Program-made: the position numbers and the translations under genes | Assembly (NCBI GenBank): GCA_002269645.1 | Contig: NIVC01002451.1 | Coordinates: forward strand, 62,001-126,000 | Length of the DNA stretch: 64,000 nt | Direction: 5' to 3' | DNA from: Macrostomum lignano | Taxonomy: Eukaryota | Shown here: positions 1 to 12,149 of the stretch, one piece after another | How the letters are laid out: each line of letters opens with the position of its first letter | Position numbering within the stretch: the stretch's first letter is position 1 | Notes under the pieces: model-generated | The model's database searches: none | What the model was told of the DNA's origin: nothing | What the model saw: only the letters and a program-made list of their open reading frames with translations

Positions 1-594
1 CTAAGAGGGAATCAGGGATCATTCTAAGAGGGAATCAGGGATCATTCTAAGAGGGAATCAGGGATCATTCTAAGAGGGAATCAGGGACCATTCTAAGAGG
101 GAATCAGGGATCATTCTAAGAGGGAATCAGGACCATTCTAAGAGGGAATCAGGGACCATTCTAAGAGGGAATCAGGGATCATTCTAAGAGGGAATCAGGG
201 ATCATTCTAAGAGGGAATCAGGGATCATTCTAAGAGGGAATCAGGACCATTCTAAGAGGGAATCAGGGACCATTCTAAGAGGGAATCAGGGATCATTCTA
301 AGAGGGAATCAGGACCATTCTAAGAGGGAATCAGGGACCATTCTAAGAGGGAATCAGGGACCATTCTAAGAGAGAATCATGAACCATTCCGAGGGAATCA
401 GGGACCATTCTAAGAGGGAATCAGCATCAGGGACCATTCTAAGAGGGAATCAGCATCAGGGACCATTCTAAGAGGGAATCAGCATCAGGGACCATTCTAA
501 GAGGGAATCAGCATCAGGGACCATTCTAAGAGGGAATCAGCATCAGGGACCATTCTAAGAGGGAATCAGCATCAGGGACCATTCTAAGAGGGAA
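1..594. repeat. Minisatellite, 23-bp unit CTAAGAGGGAATCAGGGA(T/C)CATT, changing to a 29-bp variant (+ATCAGC) from about 410
   Basis: Direct tandem copies; the array runs off the window start. Confidence 0.95.
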
Positions 595-1343
595 TTAATG
601 ACTGCTCTAAGAGAGCCGCCGGGAACATTCTAAGAAGAATCAGTGACTCATTTAGAAGGCAATCAGGGAGTCCAAAAGACCCTTCTAAGAGAGAATTCAG
701 AGACAGTTAGTAATGGATTAGGACAATTTAAACACCACGGTACAAACACTACAACGGCAGAAAATTCTTAGTTGCTCGGAAGCATAAGTGTAAAACTCTC
801 ACAGGCAGAGTAGAGGTACAGAAAAATTGCTAAGGTGGAATTTTCTAATCGTCTTAGATAGCAGGAGCAGCAGAAGCAGCAGAAAAATGTGTAAGTTATC
901 CACACAGACCCAATATTTAGTCAGGTTGGAATTTCAGAAACGAGCCAGTCAGTGTTTTGCCCCACCCCAACACCCTAGCAACAGACCTGGGAAGTCACAG
1001 CTGCGAAATATCTGGCAAAAATATCCCCCCATCCACTCTTCTTTCCCTCTCCTCTCTGACGACTCTCCCACACTTGAGAGATCTGATCCCATAGACCCGA
1101 AGCCGGCTTGCTTTCTTGATCCAAGCGGTAGGGCTAGTAAGGAAGGACAGTAGAACAGGGGGGGGTTCCGGCAATATTCAGGGAATTAATACTTGATCTC
1201 CCGTGAACAAAAAAACTGGATGAGTCAACTCTAGGAATTCCTCGCTCTCTTGATAAAAAATGAATTTCTAACTAAGAAGAAATTCCTCACTGACTCAAAC
1301 GGAAATCCCCACTAACTTGGGTGGGAATTTCCCACTAACGCCA

Positions 1344-2371
1344 AGGGAATTCCTGACTCACGCTGAAGGGGATTCCTGATTCACGCTGAAGAGAATTCCT
1401 CACTCACGCTGAAGAGAATTCCTCACTCACGCTGAAGATAATTCCTCACTCACGCTGAAGAGAATTCCTCACTCACGCTGAAGATAATTCCTCACTCACG
1501 CTGAAGAGAATTCCTCACTCACGCTGAAGAGAATTCCTCACTCACGCTGAAGAGAATTCCTCACTCACGCTGAAGAGAATTCCTCACTCACGCTGAAGAT
1601 AATTCCTCACTCACGCTGAAGAGAATTCCTCACTCACGCTGAAGAGAATTCCTCACTCACGCTGAAGAGAATTCCTCACTCACGCTGAAGAGAATTCCTC
1701 ACTCACGCTGAAGGGAATTCCTCACTCACGCTGAAGAGAATTCCTCACTCACGCTGAAGAGAATTCCTCACTCACGCTGAAGGGAATTCCTCACTCACGC
1801 TGAAGAGAATTCCTCACTCACGCTGAAGAGAATTCCTCACTCACGCTGAAGAGAATTCCTTACTCACGCTGAAGATAATTCCTCACTCACGCTGAAGGGA
1901 ATTCCTCACTCACGCTGAAGAGAATTCCTCACTCACGCTGAAGAGAATTCTTCACTCACGCTGAAGGGAATTCCTCACTCACGCTGAAGAGAATTCCTCA
2001 CTCACGCTGAAGAGAATTCCTCACTCCCGCTGAAGAGAATTCCTCACTCACGCTGAAGGGAATTCCTCACTCACACTGAAGGGAATTCCTCACTCACGCT
2101 GAAGAGAATTCCTGACTCACACTGAAGCGAATTTCTCACTCACACTGAAGAGAATTCCTCACTCACGCTAAAGAGAATTCCTCACTCACGCTGAAGGGAA
2201 TTACTAACTCACACTGAAGGGAATTCCTCACTCACGCTGAAGAGAATTCCTCACTCACGCTGAAGATAATTCCTCACTCACGCTGAAGGGAATTACTAAC
2301 TCACACTGAAGGGAATTCCTCACTCACGCTGAAGGGAATTCCTCACTGACACTAACGCTGAAGGGAATTCC
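1344..2371. repeat. Minisatellite, 23-bp unit CTCACGCTGAAGAGAATTCCTCA
   Basis: More than 40 tandem copies with GAG/GGG/GAT variants. Confidence 0.95.
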
Positions 2372-2769
2372 AACTCTCAATTCATTTGCCAAATATGAAA
2401 ATTTATCCTTAGCTACAAAAATAATAAAGACAAAAGAAAATAAATGCAGACTAAACATAACAAGAATACCTTGCAGTGGAGAAATGCAAACGCGTGTATA
2501 TATTTAATAACAAAGCGAATAATTGAACTTATTGACACGCTCGGCAAAGTAAGCAGATGCTAAAAGGAAAAGATTTATTGTAAAGCTGATAAATAGCGGA
2601 AGCTAAGCTTGACTGGTTTAACAAGCTGTTGATATTAACTCCGTCTGCTTTCGATACTGACAAGATTCAGGTGCAATAAAAAGCAAAAAAGAACAACAAA
2701 GCTCGCATTCAATAAAGATTGCCTTATTTTCATAGGTAAGTACACAATGGAAGCGATGCAGCAGCTTTT

Positions 2770-3954
2770 TAGGTACAGTAAGGTCCGGTATTAGGTAGAG
2801 TAATGTAATGTTAGGTAGAGTAAGGGCCGGTATTAGGTAGAGTAAGGTAATGTTAGGTAGAGTAAGGGCCGGTATTAGGTAGAGTAAGGTAATGTTAGGT
2901 AGAGTAAGGGCCGGTATTAGGTAGAGTAAGGTAATGTTAGGTCCAGCAAGGCCCGGTATTAGGTAGAGTAAGGTAATGTTAGGTCTATTAAGGGCCGGTA
3001 TTAGGTAGAGTAAGGTAATGTTAGGTCCAGCAAGGCCCGGTATTAGGTAGATTAAGGTAATGTTAGGTAAAGTAAGGGCCGGTATTAGGTAGAGTAAGGT
3101 AATGTTAGGTAGAGTAAGGCCCGGTATTAGGTAGAGTAAGGTAATGTTAGGTAGAGTAAGGCCCGGTATTAGGTAGAGTAAGGTAATGTTAGGTCTATTA
3201 AGGGCCGGTATTAGGTAGAGTAAGGTAATGTTAGGTCTATTAAGGGCCGGTATTAGGTAGATTAAGGTAATGTTAGGTAAAGTAAGGGCCGGTATTAGGT
3301 AGAGTAAGGTAATGTTAGGTAGAGTAAGGCCCGGTATTAGGTAGAGTAAGGTAATGTTAGGTAGAGTAAGGGCCGGTATTAGGTAGAGTAAGGGTTGGTA
3401 TTAGGTAGAGTAAGGTAATGTTAGGTCCAGTAAGGGCTGGTATTAGGTAGAGTAAGGTAATGTTAGGTCCAGTAAGGGCTGGTATTAGGTAGAGTAAGGT
3501 AATGTTAGGTCCAGTAAGGGCCGGTATTAGGTAGAGTAAGGTAATGTTAGGTCCAGTAAGGGCCGGTATTAGGTAGAGTAAGGTAATGTTAGGTAGAGTA
3601 AGGGCCGGTATTAGGTAGAGTAAGGGTTGGTATTAGGTAGAGTAAGGTAATGTTAGGTCCAGTAAGGGCTGGTATTAGGTAGAGTAAGGTAATGTTAGGT
3701 CCAGTAAGGGCCGGTATTAGGTAGAGTAAGGTAATGTTAGGTCCAGTAAGGGCCGGTATTAGGTAGGGTAAGGTAATGTTAGGTCCAGTAAGGGCCGGTA
3801 TTAGGTAGAGTAAGGTAATGTTAGGTCCAGTAAGGGCCGGTATTAGGTAGGGTAAGGTAATGTTAGGTCCAGTAAGGGCCGGTATTAGGTAGAGTAAGGT
3901 AATGTTAGGTCCAGTAAGGGCCGGTATTAGGTAGGGTAAGGTAATGTTAGGTCC
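2770..3954. repeat. Minisatellite, 42-bp unit built from two related ~21-bp halves (GTAAGGGCCGGTATTAGGTAGA-GTAAGGTAATGTTAGGTCCA)
   Basis: Tandem copies; explains the 14-aa periodic ORF at 3589-3987. Confidence 0.95.
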
Positions 3955-4431
3955 ATGAAAGTACAATAAGATACAGCATATACACAATAAGTCAGCTTAA
4001 GCTTACCAATTTACATGAATAAGGAAGAATATTGATAGGCTTAGTTGCGGGAAGGCTTTTAGATTAGGGACTAATGCATATTTGGAAAAAAAAATTCTTT
4101 GCAGAGTATGGAAGAATTGATTAAAAGTAAGTCAGCTGGACAGATATGCATGCAGCTCGTATTAGAAGCTCAAATCTTAGCTCTTTGAAAAGCGAATCAA
4201 GAGTCAAGAGTGCTACAGTACGGATATCGGATTGATTAATAAACACTTCACCAACCCTAAAATAACAAAAACTAAAAAGTCTGTAAATAAATATGCTCAT
4301 AACTTTATCGCAAAGAAAATGCTTGTTCATATTGGGTTTAAACATTATAAACGAATCAACGGTAATTAATATGTTGCATAACAACTAATTTGTTTACCTC
4401 GGATACCAGAAAAATGACTAATTATTACAGG

Positions 4432-4687
4432 CTTGTTTACCCTGGGTACGGACCATTATTACTAATACGAATACGAGAACCAGCTGCGTGACTAGCTGCA
4501 TAGCAACGGGCTTGTTTACCTTGGATACGGCCTATTATTACTAATACGAATACGAGAACCAGCTGCGTGACTAGCTGCATAGCAACGGGCTTGTTTACCA
4601 TGGATACGGCCTATTATTACTAATACGAATACGAGAACCAGCTGCGTGACTAGCTGCATAGCAACGGGCTTGTTTACCATGGATACG
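4432..4687. repeat. 79-bp tandem repeat, about 3.2 copies, downstream of the Tudor gene stop
   Basis: CTTGTTTAC unit starts at 4432, 4511, 4590 and 4669. Confidence 0.9.
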
Positions 4688-4782
4688 GGTTCAATGTACT
4701 ATTGCGATAACTGGCTCAATTATAACAAACGATTGTCCAAAACAAGTCGATGTGTTTAGCTGAGGTAACAAGCAATGAGAGA

Positions 4783-7110
4783 TCAATGCTCGAACAGGCT
4801 GACCAAGGTGCAACCGTTGGCGGTGACAAAGAACTGCACAGCCGGCAGCAGACAGTTGGCAATAGAGGCCAACTCGGCTGAGGCGTCAAAATTGTCCGGC
4901 CCGGCTTTGTTAAACAGCGGCGCGCAGGCGACGGACAGAACCGGCGCCGCTCTGGCCGCGTCGGGGATCAGGGCGAACAGGCGTCGGTCCTGGCACGGCG
5001 CCGGCACGCGCACCATGGCGCCGAGATCAACCAGGCGAACGATGACGCCAGCGGCTGCACCGCTGCTGTCGTTATCAACGGCGAGAATTCGAGCCCGATA
5101 GCACTGGCCGTCGTCTAGTTTAGCTACGCAGTTGGCGCCAATTCGAATGTCGCCGGCGCGAAGCGGCAGCGCCATCTGGCTAAGCTCGCTATACAGGTAC
5201 TGCAGCCGCGAGTGCAGCGCCTCGAACTGGCCGGCAAATTCGGCCAGCGGCAGAACTCGAACTCGATCGGCCGTGCCGCCGGGTAGCAACACGGCTGCGC
5301 GCCGTTTATTGTCAGTCAGGCGCAGGCTGGCCGGCGCTTCGCTGACATTACAGTCGGCGCCAATTTGAAGCAACTTTTTGATGGTGTAGCGCAGCCGGCG
5401 CGGGCTGGCAGAGTGGGGGAGGCGCTCGCCGCTGCCGCCGCCATTGGAAGCAGCCTGCAGTACGCCGCTGCGCACCCGCTGCCGGTGCTGCTCGCTGAAA
5501 AACTCGGCCAACTCCGGCCGGTCCAGCGGCAGGCCGTCTAGCAGGCCGGCCGGGGAGATGAGCTGCACAGGCCAGGCTGAATCGTCTGCGGACATGCAGC
5601 CGAATTCCACCAGCACCTGCGGGCGGACAGGGTGTGGGCAAGGGTTTATTATTATTAGCCTCACAGGTAGTTAGCTATTAGCCTCACAGGTATTAGCTAT
5701 TAGCCTCACGGGTATTTAACTATTAGCCTTACAAGTATTAAACTATTAGCCTCACAGGTAGTTAACTATTAGCCTCACAGGTAGTTAGCTATTAGCCTCA
5801 CAGGTAGTTAACTATTAGCCTCACAGGTAGTTAACTATTAGCCTCACAGGTAGTTAAATATTAGCCTCACAAGTACGAGTAGTTAGCTATTAGCCTCACA
5901 GGTAGCTAATTATTAGCCTCATAGGTAGTTAACTATTAGCCTCACAGGTAGCTAATTATTAGCCTCACAGGTAGTTAGCTATCAGCCTCACATGTAGTTA
6001 ACTATTAGCCTCACAGGTAGTTAACTATTAGCCTCACAGGTAGCTAATTATTAGCCTCACATGTAGTTAACTAACAGCCTCACAAGTAGCTAAATCTTAG
6101 CCTCACAAGTAGCTAATTATTAGCCTCACATGTAGCTAATTATTAGCCTCACAAACGTCTATCTGTGGTGCAAATGAGCGCTTCATAGTAGGCATGCAGA
6201 CGACCACTAATTAGTCCTAAAAATGGCCACTTATTTTAGCCCCACTAAATGGCCACTTTTAGCCGCAAAAAGGTCCTTCATTAGTCATATATACAGTTGC
6301 AAGGCAAGAACTAACCTCGCGTTCCATTAGCCGTTTGGCCAACCAAGCGGCGGCCACCTCGCCGTACTGTCTATGGCACAAACCGGCCAGCTGACTACGA
6401 TAGGAACGCGGCGGCGGGCCCTCATCTTCGGCCAAGTCTAGCGGACAACAGCGCAACAGGCAGGCGGGCAGACAGCACCTATTGCCAAAGTCCACAAATT
6501 CAACTAAGCCAAATCCGCCAGCCAGTACGCGCAATAACTTAGCCCGAAAATAACCGGCTTCAGGCGGGAAGTAAGCTACGCAAGCGACGTCGCTGCCAAC
6601 GTTGTCAATAGGCAGATGAGGCAGAGAGTCTGCAATCCGACGCAAATAGCTGTGCATGCTGGCTAGCTCAGCGCGGCATTCAATCGGTACTAAGCAGATC
6701 TGTTTAGTGCCCTGGGTGTGCAGCACAACGCACCGGGTCGGCTCGCTTGGTGGAGGCGGCTGACGACAGTAAGCTGTGGCGTAGCCCTGCTGGTTGTCAG
6801 GCTTTGAAACGCTATTGTTGTTGTTGCTTAAACTGCTAATGTTGTTGTTATCGCGATTGCGCGTATCATCTTTGTGACTAGCAAGATCGGCGGAAAGTCC
6901 GTTATGGACATTGTTAACATTGTCAACTATTCCACTGTCAAAATGTATTGGCGTTGTATTTCTTGGCGTTTCCGATTGCTGCTGCTGCTCAGCTGCTTCC
7001 TGCTCCAATTGTTGGCACGATAAACGACGACGTTCGAGAAAGTCGCGCCTAACCCGGTAGTATAATCCTCTGCTACTAGTGGAAGACCTTTCGATGATGT
7101 TCATGGTCAT
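4783..7110 (-). CDS. Tudor domain-containing protein with two extended Tudor domains, about 542 aa, 2 coding exons
   Basis: Exons 7110-6316 and 5616-4783 joined by a phase-0 intron (GAG|GTTAG...CCGCAG|GTG). Tudor motifs CVAYFPPEAGYFRAKL...VEFVDFGN and CVAKLDDGQCYRARIL...VRLVDLG. Confidence 0.8.
5652..6153. repeat. Intronic minisatellite, 23-bp unit ATTAGCCTCACAGGTAGTTA(A/G)CT
   Basis: Tandem copies filling the Tudor gene intron. Confidence 0.95.
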
Positions 7111-7235
7111 GATGGTGTTCGCGTGTCTCAGACCGCACTTCTCTCCGCCAGCTGAAATATAGCAATGCGAATATCCGGGTTAATTAAGCGCAGGTAAAAC
7201 ACCTATACGTTAGCTTTTTTACCTGTTAGGCCAAG

Positions 7236-7493
7236 GCTCAATGTGGAGTTGCTGAGATGTTCAATGGGGAGTTGCTGAGATGCTCAATGTGGAGTTGCTG
7301 AGATGTTCAATGGGGAGTTGCTGAGATGCTCAATGGGGAGTTGCTGAGATGCTCAATGGGGAGTTGCTGAGATGCTCAATGGGGAGTTGCTGAGATGCCA
7401 ATCGGCTTAATGGGGAGTTGCTGAGATGCCAATTGGCTCAATGGGGAGTTGCTGAGATGCCAATTGGCTCAATGGGGAGTTGCTGAGTTGCCA
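7236..7493. repeat. Minisatellite, 23-bp unit GCTCAATGGGGAGTTGCTGAGAT with longer variants
   Basis: Tandem copies between the POGZ-like and Tudor genes. Confidence 0.9.
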
Positions 7494-8131
7494 AGCCTCT
7501 CATTTGTCTATCTGTACTTTTGTACCTGCTTGTATATCCTGATCTTCCCGTAGGGACACTAATGGATTGCTAACTACTAGATAGAGGAGACAAAATTGAA
7601 TGAAAGTCATCAAACAAGATAGTAATTAACATAAGAGACAGCGCATGCATAGTATAACACGATACTGTAGTGTTGGCCAATGCTTTTTATGCTTCAATGG
7701 TTTTTAGTGCAGTGCATAGGAGTACAGGCAGTGCAAGTCACGAGCGTAAAAGTAATAGGGTTTTGTATTTTTCATAATTAGAAGAAAAGAGCGCGCACAT
7801 GACAAAATTTAAGATTATTAACAAGGAAATTAATGACTCAGTAAAAAACTAAAACCGGAACAGGTAGACCTATTGTCGTAGCACAACACGTACATATAGC
7901 AACTATTATAACACGCAGTAATTAATGATAACGTTATAGTCGTACGAAGATTACAGTATCAAATATAAATTTTTGAAAAAATGTTCCATTAGCTGCAAGC
8001 ATGAATAATAAATTATTAATTAACAATAGCAAAAAATGCCAATTAGACAATAAAATAAAAATGTTCGCAAAGTACTTTAAACAGAGCAGCAAAAGTGCAG
8101 CAGTAGCATTCGGATTTTATAATAAATGAAC

Positions 8132-11100
8132 TCAGGGCATCTCGGGCAGCAGCAGGGCACTCTGAGAGCCGCAGGCGCCGGCCTCCAAATGCTCAGCCAT
8201 ATTGTCGCCAGAGTCGGTTGCAAATCCGCAAGTCGGGCAATAGAAATCGCCCAAGCCGTCTTCATTCTTGTCGGCGCTGTCGTCAGTTTCCATGGCAACC
8301 GGCGGTGTAGCGGCGGCGGAAGCGTGGCTAGCAACGTGCCGCTGGTAGGCGGGCCCGCAGCAGGTGGCGTAGCGGCACTGGCCAGCAGTGCAGGGCACAT
8401 AGTGCCGATGGTCGGGGCCGTTCAGAGGCCGGCGACACTCCAGACAGAGCATGGCGCTGTCCAGGTGAGGCGGCAAAGCGACGCCGCTGAGATCGCGGGC
8501 CGTTTCAGCTGGGGCGGCGTTCAGCGACTTCAGCTGCTGCGACGAGCCGGGGCCTTTCTGCAGAGCGAGTAGAATGTCAAGAAAGAGACCTTCTTTGACA
8601 CTCACCAAGATTCTAATTAATTGTCTCAGTATTATAACTAACAACCTCAGTATTGTAATCGATAATCTTAGTATTCTACTAATCGATAATCTCAATATCC
8701 TAATCGATAATCTCAGTATCCCAATCGATAATCTTATTATCCTAATCGATAATCTCAATATCCGAATCGATAATCTCAGTATCCTAATCGATAATCTCAG
8801 TATCTTAATTAAATCTTAGTATCCTAATCGATCATCTCAGTATCCTACTCGACAATCCAAGGATTTAATCTACTAAACTCAATTATGGAGAATCCGATGA
8901 TCCTGATTAATAATTCAATATAAAAATCTGAGTCTAATTTGTCAGTTCATCGCAGGGGCACTAATACTCTTACTTGGCTGGCCATACGTGAAAAGCTAAA
9001 GTTAGAGCTCTCAAAGAACAGCCTTAGATCATTTAACAGAGGAAGTGAACTGCTGCAAGTGAAAATGCGCACAACATGCATAAGAATTCTATTTGGACAG
9101 CTGATTTGGCACTTAAATCTGACGTTAAATCCAGCTAACTCGACAGAGTTGAGGTGGGGGGGGGGGAGAAAGTTAGGAATAAATTGAGAAATTTTTTGAA
9201 ATGCAATATAGAGTAAACTAACTCTAAAAAACTGTAGGAGAAAATTTATTACGTTTTTTTACGTTAAGAGAATTTCTAATTCTCTTTATTGAAAGCCTAG
9301 TGGTTTAATAAGCTGATAAAGTGCAGTGCTTTTCATGTCAAAGACAAAGGCAAGAGTGAGGCAGAACGGAACTGTAACACCCAAGGAGGACCAGTAACAC
9401 CCAGGGAGGAACTGGAACACCCAATATGGAACTGTAACACCCACCAAGGACTTGTAACACCCACCAAAGACCTGTAACACCCACCAAGAACCTGTAACAC
9501 CTACTAAGGACCTAGCGCAGAAGCAAGCAACCAACCTGAGGCGAGGCAGACTGCTGGTGCTGTTCCAAGTCCTCGAGCTGCTGCAGATCGCCAGGCCGAT
9601 GGTCCAGCTGCTGGTGCATGTTCAAATCTGATTTAGTAACAAAGCTCAACTGGCACTGGTTGCAACGTTTGCCGCTACTAGAAGCAGCAGCAGCAGCAGA
9701 AGAAGAATTATCGTCGTCAAAGTGGCGCTGCAGATGCTGGGTGAACACGCCGGTGAGGCCGCTAGAATCGCCGCCGATCGCCCCAGGTGCGTAGGCCGCG
9801 CCAGACGAGCTGGGGAAAGTGATTCGGATAGCTTTGAGACAGAGCGGGCACAGCAGGTGTGGCGAGGCGGCGTGCATCCGGCAGAAGTGAGTCAGGATGT
9901 CGCGCAGTACGCTAGTCCGGAAGCTGCACAGCTGGCAGGCGTAGGGCATCTGCCTGCGCAGGTGGCGAGTCCGCATGTGCCTGGCGAACTGCTCCGTATT
10001 GGCGAACTCTCTGTCGCATACGCGGCACAGTTTTCGGCCAGCCGGAGTCAGGTGCGAATCCGCTCGATGCTCGGCCAGCTGGTAGTGTCCGGCAAAGGTG
10101 GCCGGACAGGCCGGACAGCGGACAATCTCGGTCGAGCAGTCTTGCAGCAGAGCCGAAACCGACTGCGAAGCCGGCTCAAAATGGCCGAGAATGTGCCGAA
10201 CTGTGCTCAAATTCGAATATAGAATCTTTGAGCACAGGTGGCAACGGAAGCGAAGGTCCTGACGTGGCTCCGGCTGGGAGGCCTGCTGGCACTCCTGTCT
10301 GGCGAAGTAGTACACGTCTAGGGCCACCAGCACCTGCGAGAGGTTGGAGAATATCATTTCGAATCGATAGGCCTAAAATTACTGCCAGAATCCTTCCTAC
10401 CCATGATTGTACATGACATTTACGTCGTATTCCATATTTGTATATGGCTTTCACATTATATCTCATATCTGTACATGACTTTCACATTATATCCCATATT
10501 TGTACATGACTTTCACATTATATCCCATATCTGTACATGACTTTCACATTATATCCCATAATTTTACATGGCTTTTACATTACATCCCATAATTTTACAT
10601 TTTTTATATTATATCCCATATCTGTACATGACTTTCACATTATATCCCATATTTGTACATGACTTTCACATTATATCCCATATCTGTACATGACTTTCAC
10701 ATTATATCCCATATTTGTACATGACTTTCACATTATATCCCATATCTGTACATGAATTTCACATTATATCCCATACTCGTATTTGTACATTACTTTTACA
10801 TTATATCCCTATTTGTATATGACTTTCACATCCTATCCTGAATGCATTTGAAAAGTTAGCCGCAGACCATTTATTGACATACAGTCGCACTCACCGTATT
10901 GCCATCCTGATCGCACGGATTCTGAGAGTCGTGCACGTACAATTGATTTGGATCGTCGCCAAAAGTGACAATTTCGATGCCTTCTTCTAGTAGGGGAAGG
11001 CCCTCTTCGTCAGCTGCCGATTCCGCTTGTGTAGCAGCGACAGCCTCCGAGCCCTGCGGGGAGGGAATGCAAGATTCGGGTTGTGGAGATTCCAAGATTC

Positions 11101-11984
11101 TGGATAGAGATCCCAAGATTCCGGATAGAGGTCCCGAGATTCGGATAGATATCCCAAGATTCGGGATATAGATCCCATGATTAGGGATAGAGATCCCAAG
11201 ATTCGGGATATAGATCCCATGATTAGGGATAGAGATCCCAAGATTAGGGATAGAGATCCCATGATTAGGGATAGAGATCCCAAGATTCGGGATAGCGATC
11301 CCAATATCAGATTTGTTGACAAACCTTTGCGGCAGACTGAGCAGCAGCGGCGGCAGCAGCAGCGGCAGCGGCGGCGGCTGCAGCGTCAGCCTCGGCGCTG
11401 GCGAGCTGGCGGAGCTCAGCCGCGGTGGCAACCCGAACTCCGGGCGGCAGCGGATCGGTGAGGCCGGCAACCCGGCCCTGGACCAACAAGCCGTTATGCT
11501 TGGGCCGCTGCACGCAGCTGGAGATGTGAATGGCTCCCTGATCCCTATGCTGGAAGGCGGATTCGGCCAAATCCAGAGCCTGGTGCTCTTCATCGCCGAC
11601 GCCCAGTCCGGCTAGGGCGCCTTTGACCGGGCTGGACCGCTGCGCCTGTCGCTGGCAGATGACGGCTGGCGCGCCATCTTCAGTCAGCAGCCGGTCCAGT
11701 CGCCAGTCCTGCTGAGCTAGAGCTTCGTGAGCAGCTGCTACGCCAGCGTGAGCTAGTACGCCAAGCGAACTAGTCAGCAGAAGGCCGTTGGCATCTGTGG
11801 CGGCCTCCTCGGCGGTGCCGACAACATTCACAGCCTCGGCTAGGGGTCGCATGCCAGATTGAAAACGCTCCAGATTGGCTCTGCGCCTGTCCAGCTCTTG
11901 CAGTTGAATGTCTGACAGGGGCTCCTCTTCGCATGTCATTGTGAGACTGCGGCCAACGCCGCGTAGCACCTGCGGCAGCAGCAT
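8132..11984 (-). CDS. POGZ/ZNF280 family C2H2 zinc-finger protein, about 680 aa, 4 exons, no pogo transposase domain
   Basis: Exons 11984-11325, 11053-10895, 10333-9536 and 8557-8132, all phase-0 GT-AG joins. Motifs VLVALDVYYF, CRVCDREF..HMRTRHLRRQMPYACQLCSFRTS..HF..HAASPHLLCPLCLK and CLEC..HYVPCTAGQCRYATCCGPAYQRH parallel the POGZ/ZNF280 zinc-finger array. The start codon is uncertain. Confidence 0.8.
8605..8850. repeat. Intronic minisatellite, 21-bp unit ATCGATAATCTCAGTATCCTA
   Basis: Tandem copies in the last intron of the POGZ-like gene. Confidence 0.9.
9370..9510. repeat. Short degenerate 20-bp tandem repeat CTGTAACACCCACCAAG(A/G)AC
   Basis: About 6 copies beside the exon 3 donor. Confidence 0.8.
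10407..10830. repeat. Intronic minisatellite, 31-bp unit TGTACATGACTTTCACATTATATCCCATAT(C/T)
   Basis: Tandem copies in intron 2 of the POGZ-like gene. Confidence 0.95.
11085..11305. repeat. Intronic minisatellite, 21-bp unit GATCCCAAGATTCGGGATA(T/G)A
   Basis: Tandem copies in intron 1 of the POGZ-like gene. Confidence 0.9.
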
Positions 11985-12149
11985 GGCTGTGCTGAGCTAG
12001 CAGTGCTGAGATGGGGAGAGATATGGAATATGAGGACGGTTTTATGGCCTTATAACATACGTGCATAGGGCATATAGTACAGTATAACAATACCCCATGA
12101 CCGAAAAAAGTGTGGCAAAATAGTCCATGATCCTAAAATGGTCTCAAAA

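Noticed and set aside
1344-2371. CRISPR-like appearance of the 23-42-bp arrays, here and elsewhere
   Set aside because: No unique spacers, no cas genes, and an intron-containing eukaryotic context
4775-5674. Plus-strand ORFs overlapping the Tudor exon, and similar shadow ORFs over the POGZ-like, PYG, kinase and pol exons
   Set aside because: Antisense or alternative-frame shadows of GC-rich coding sequence
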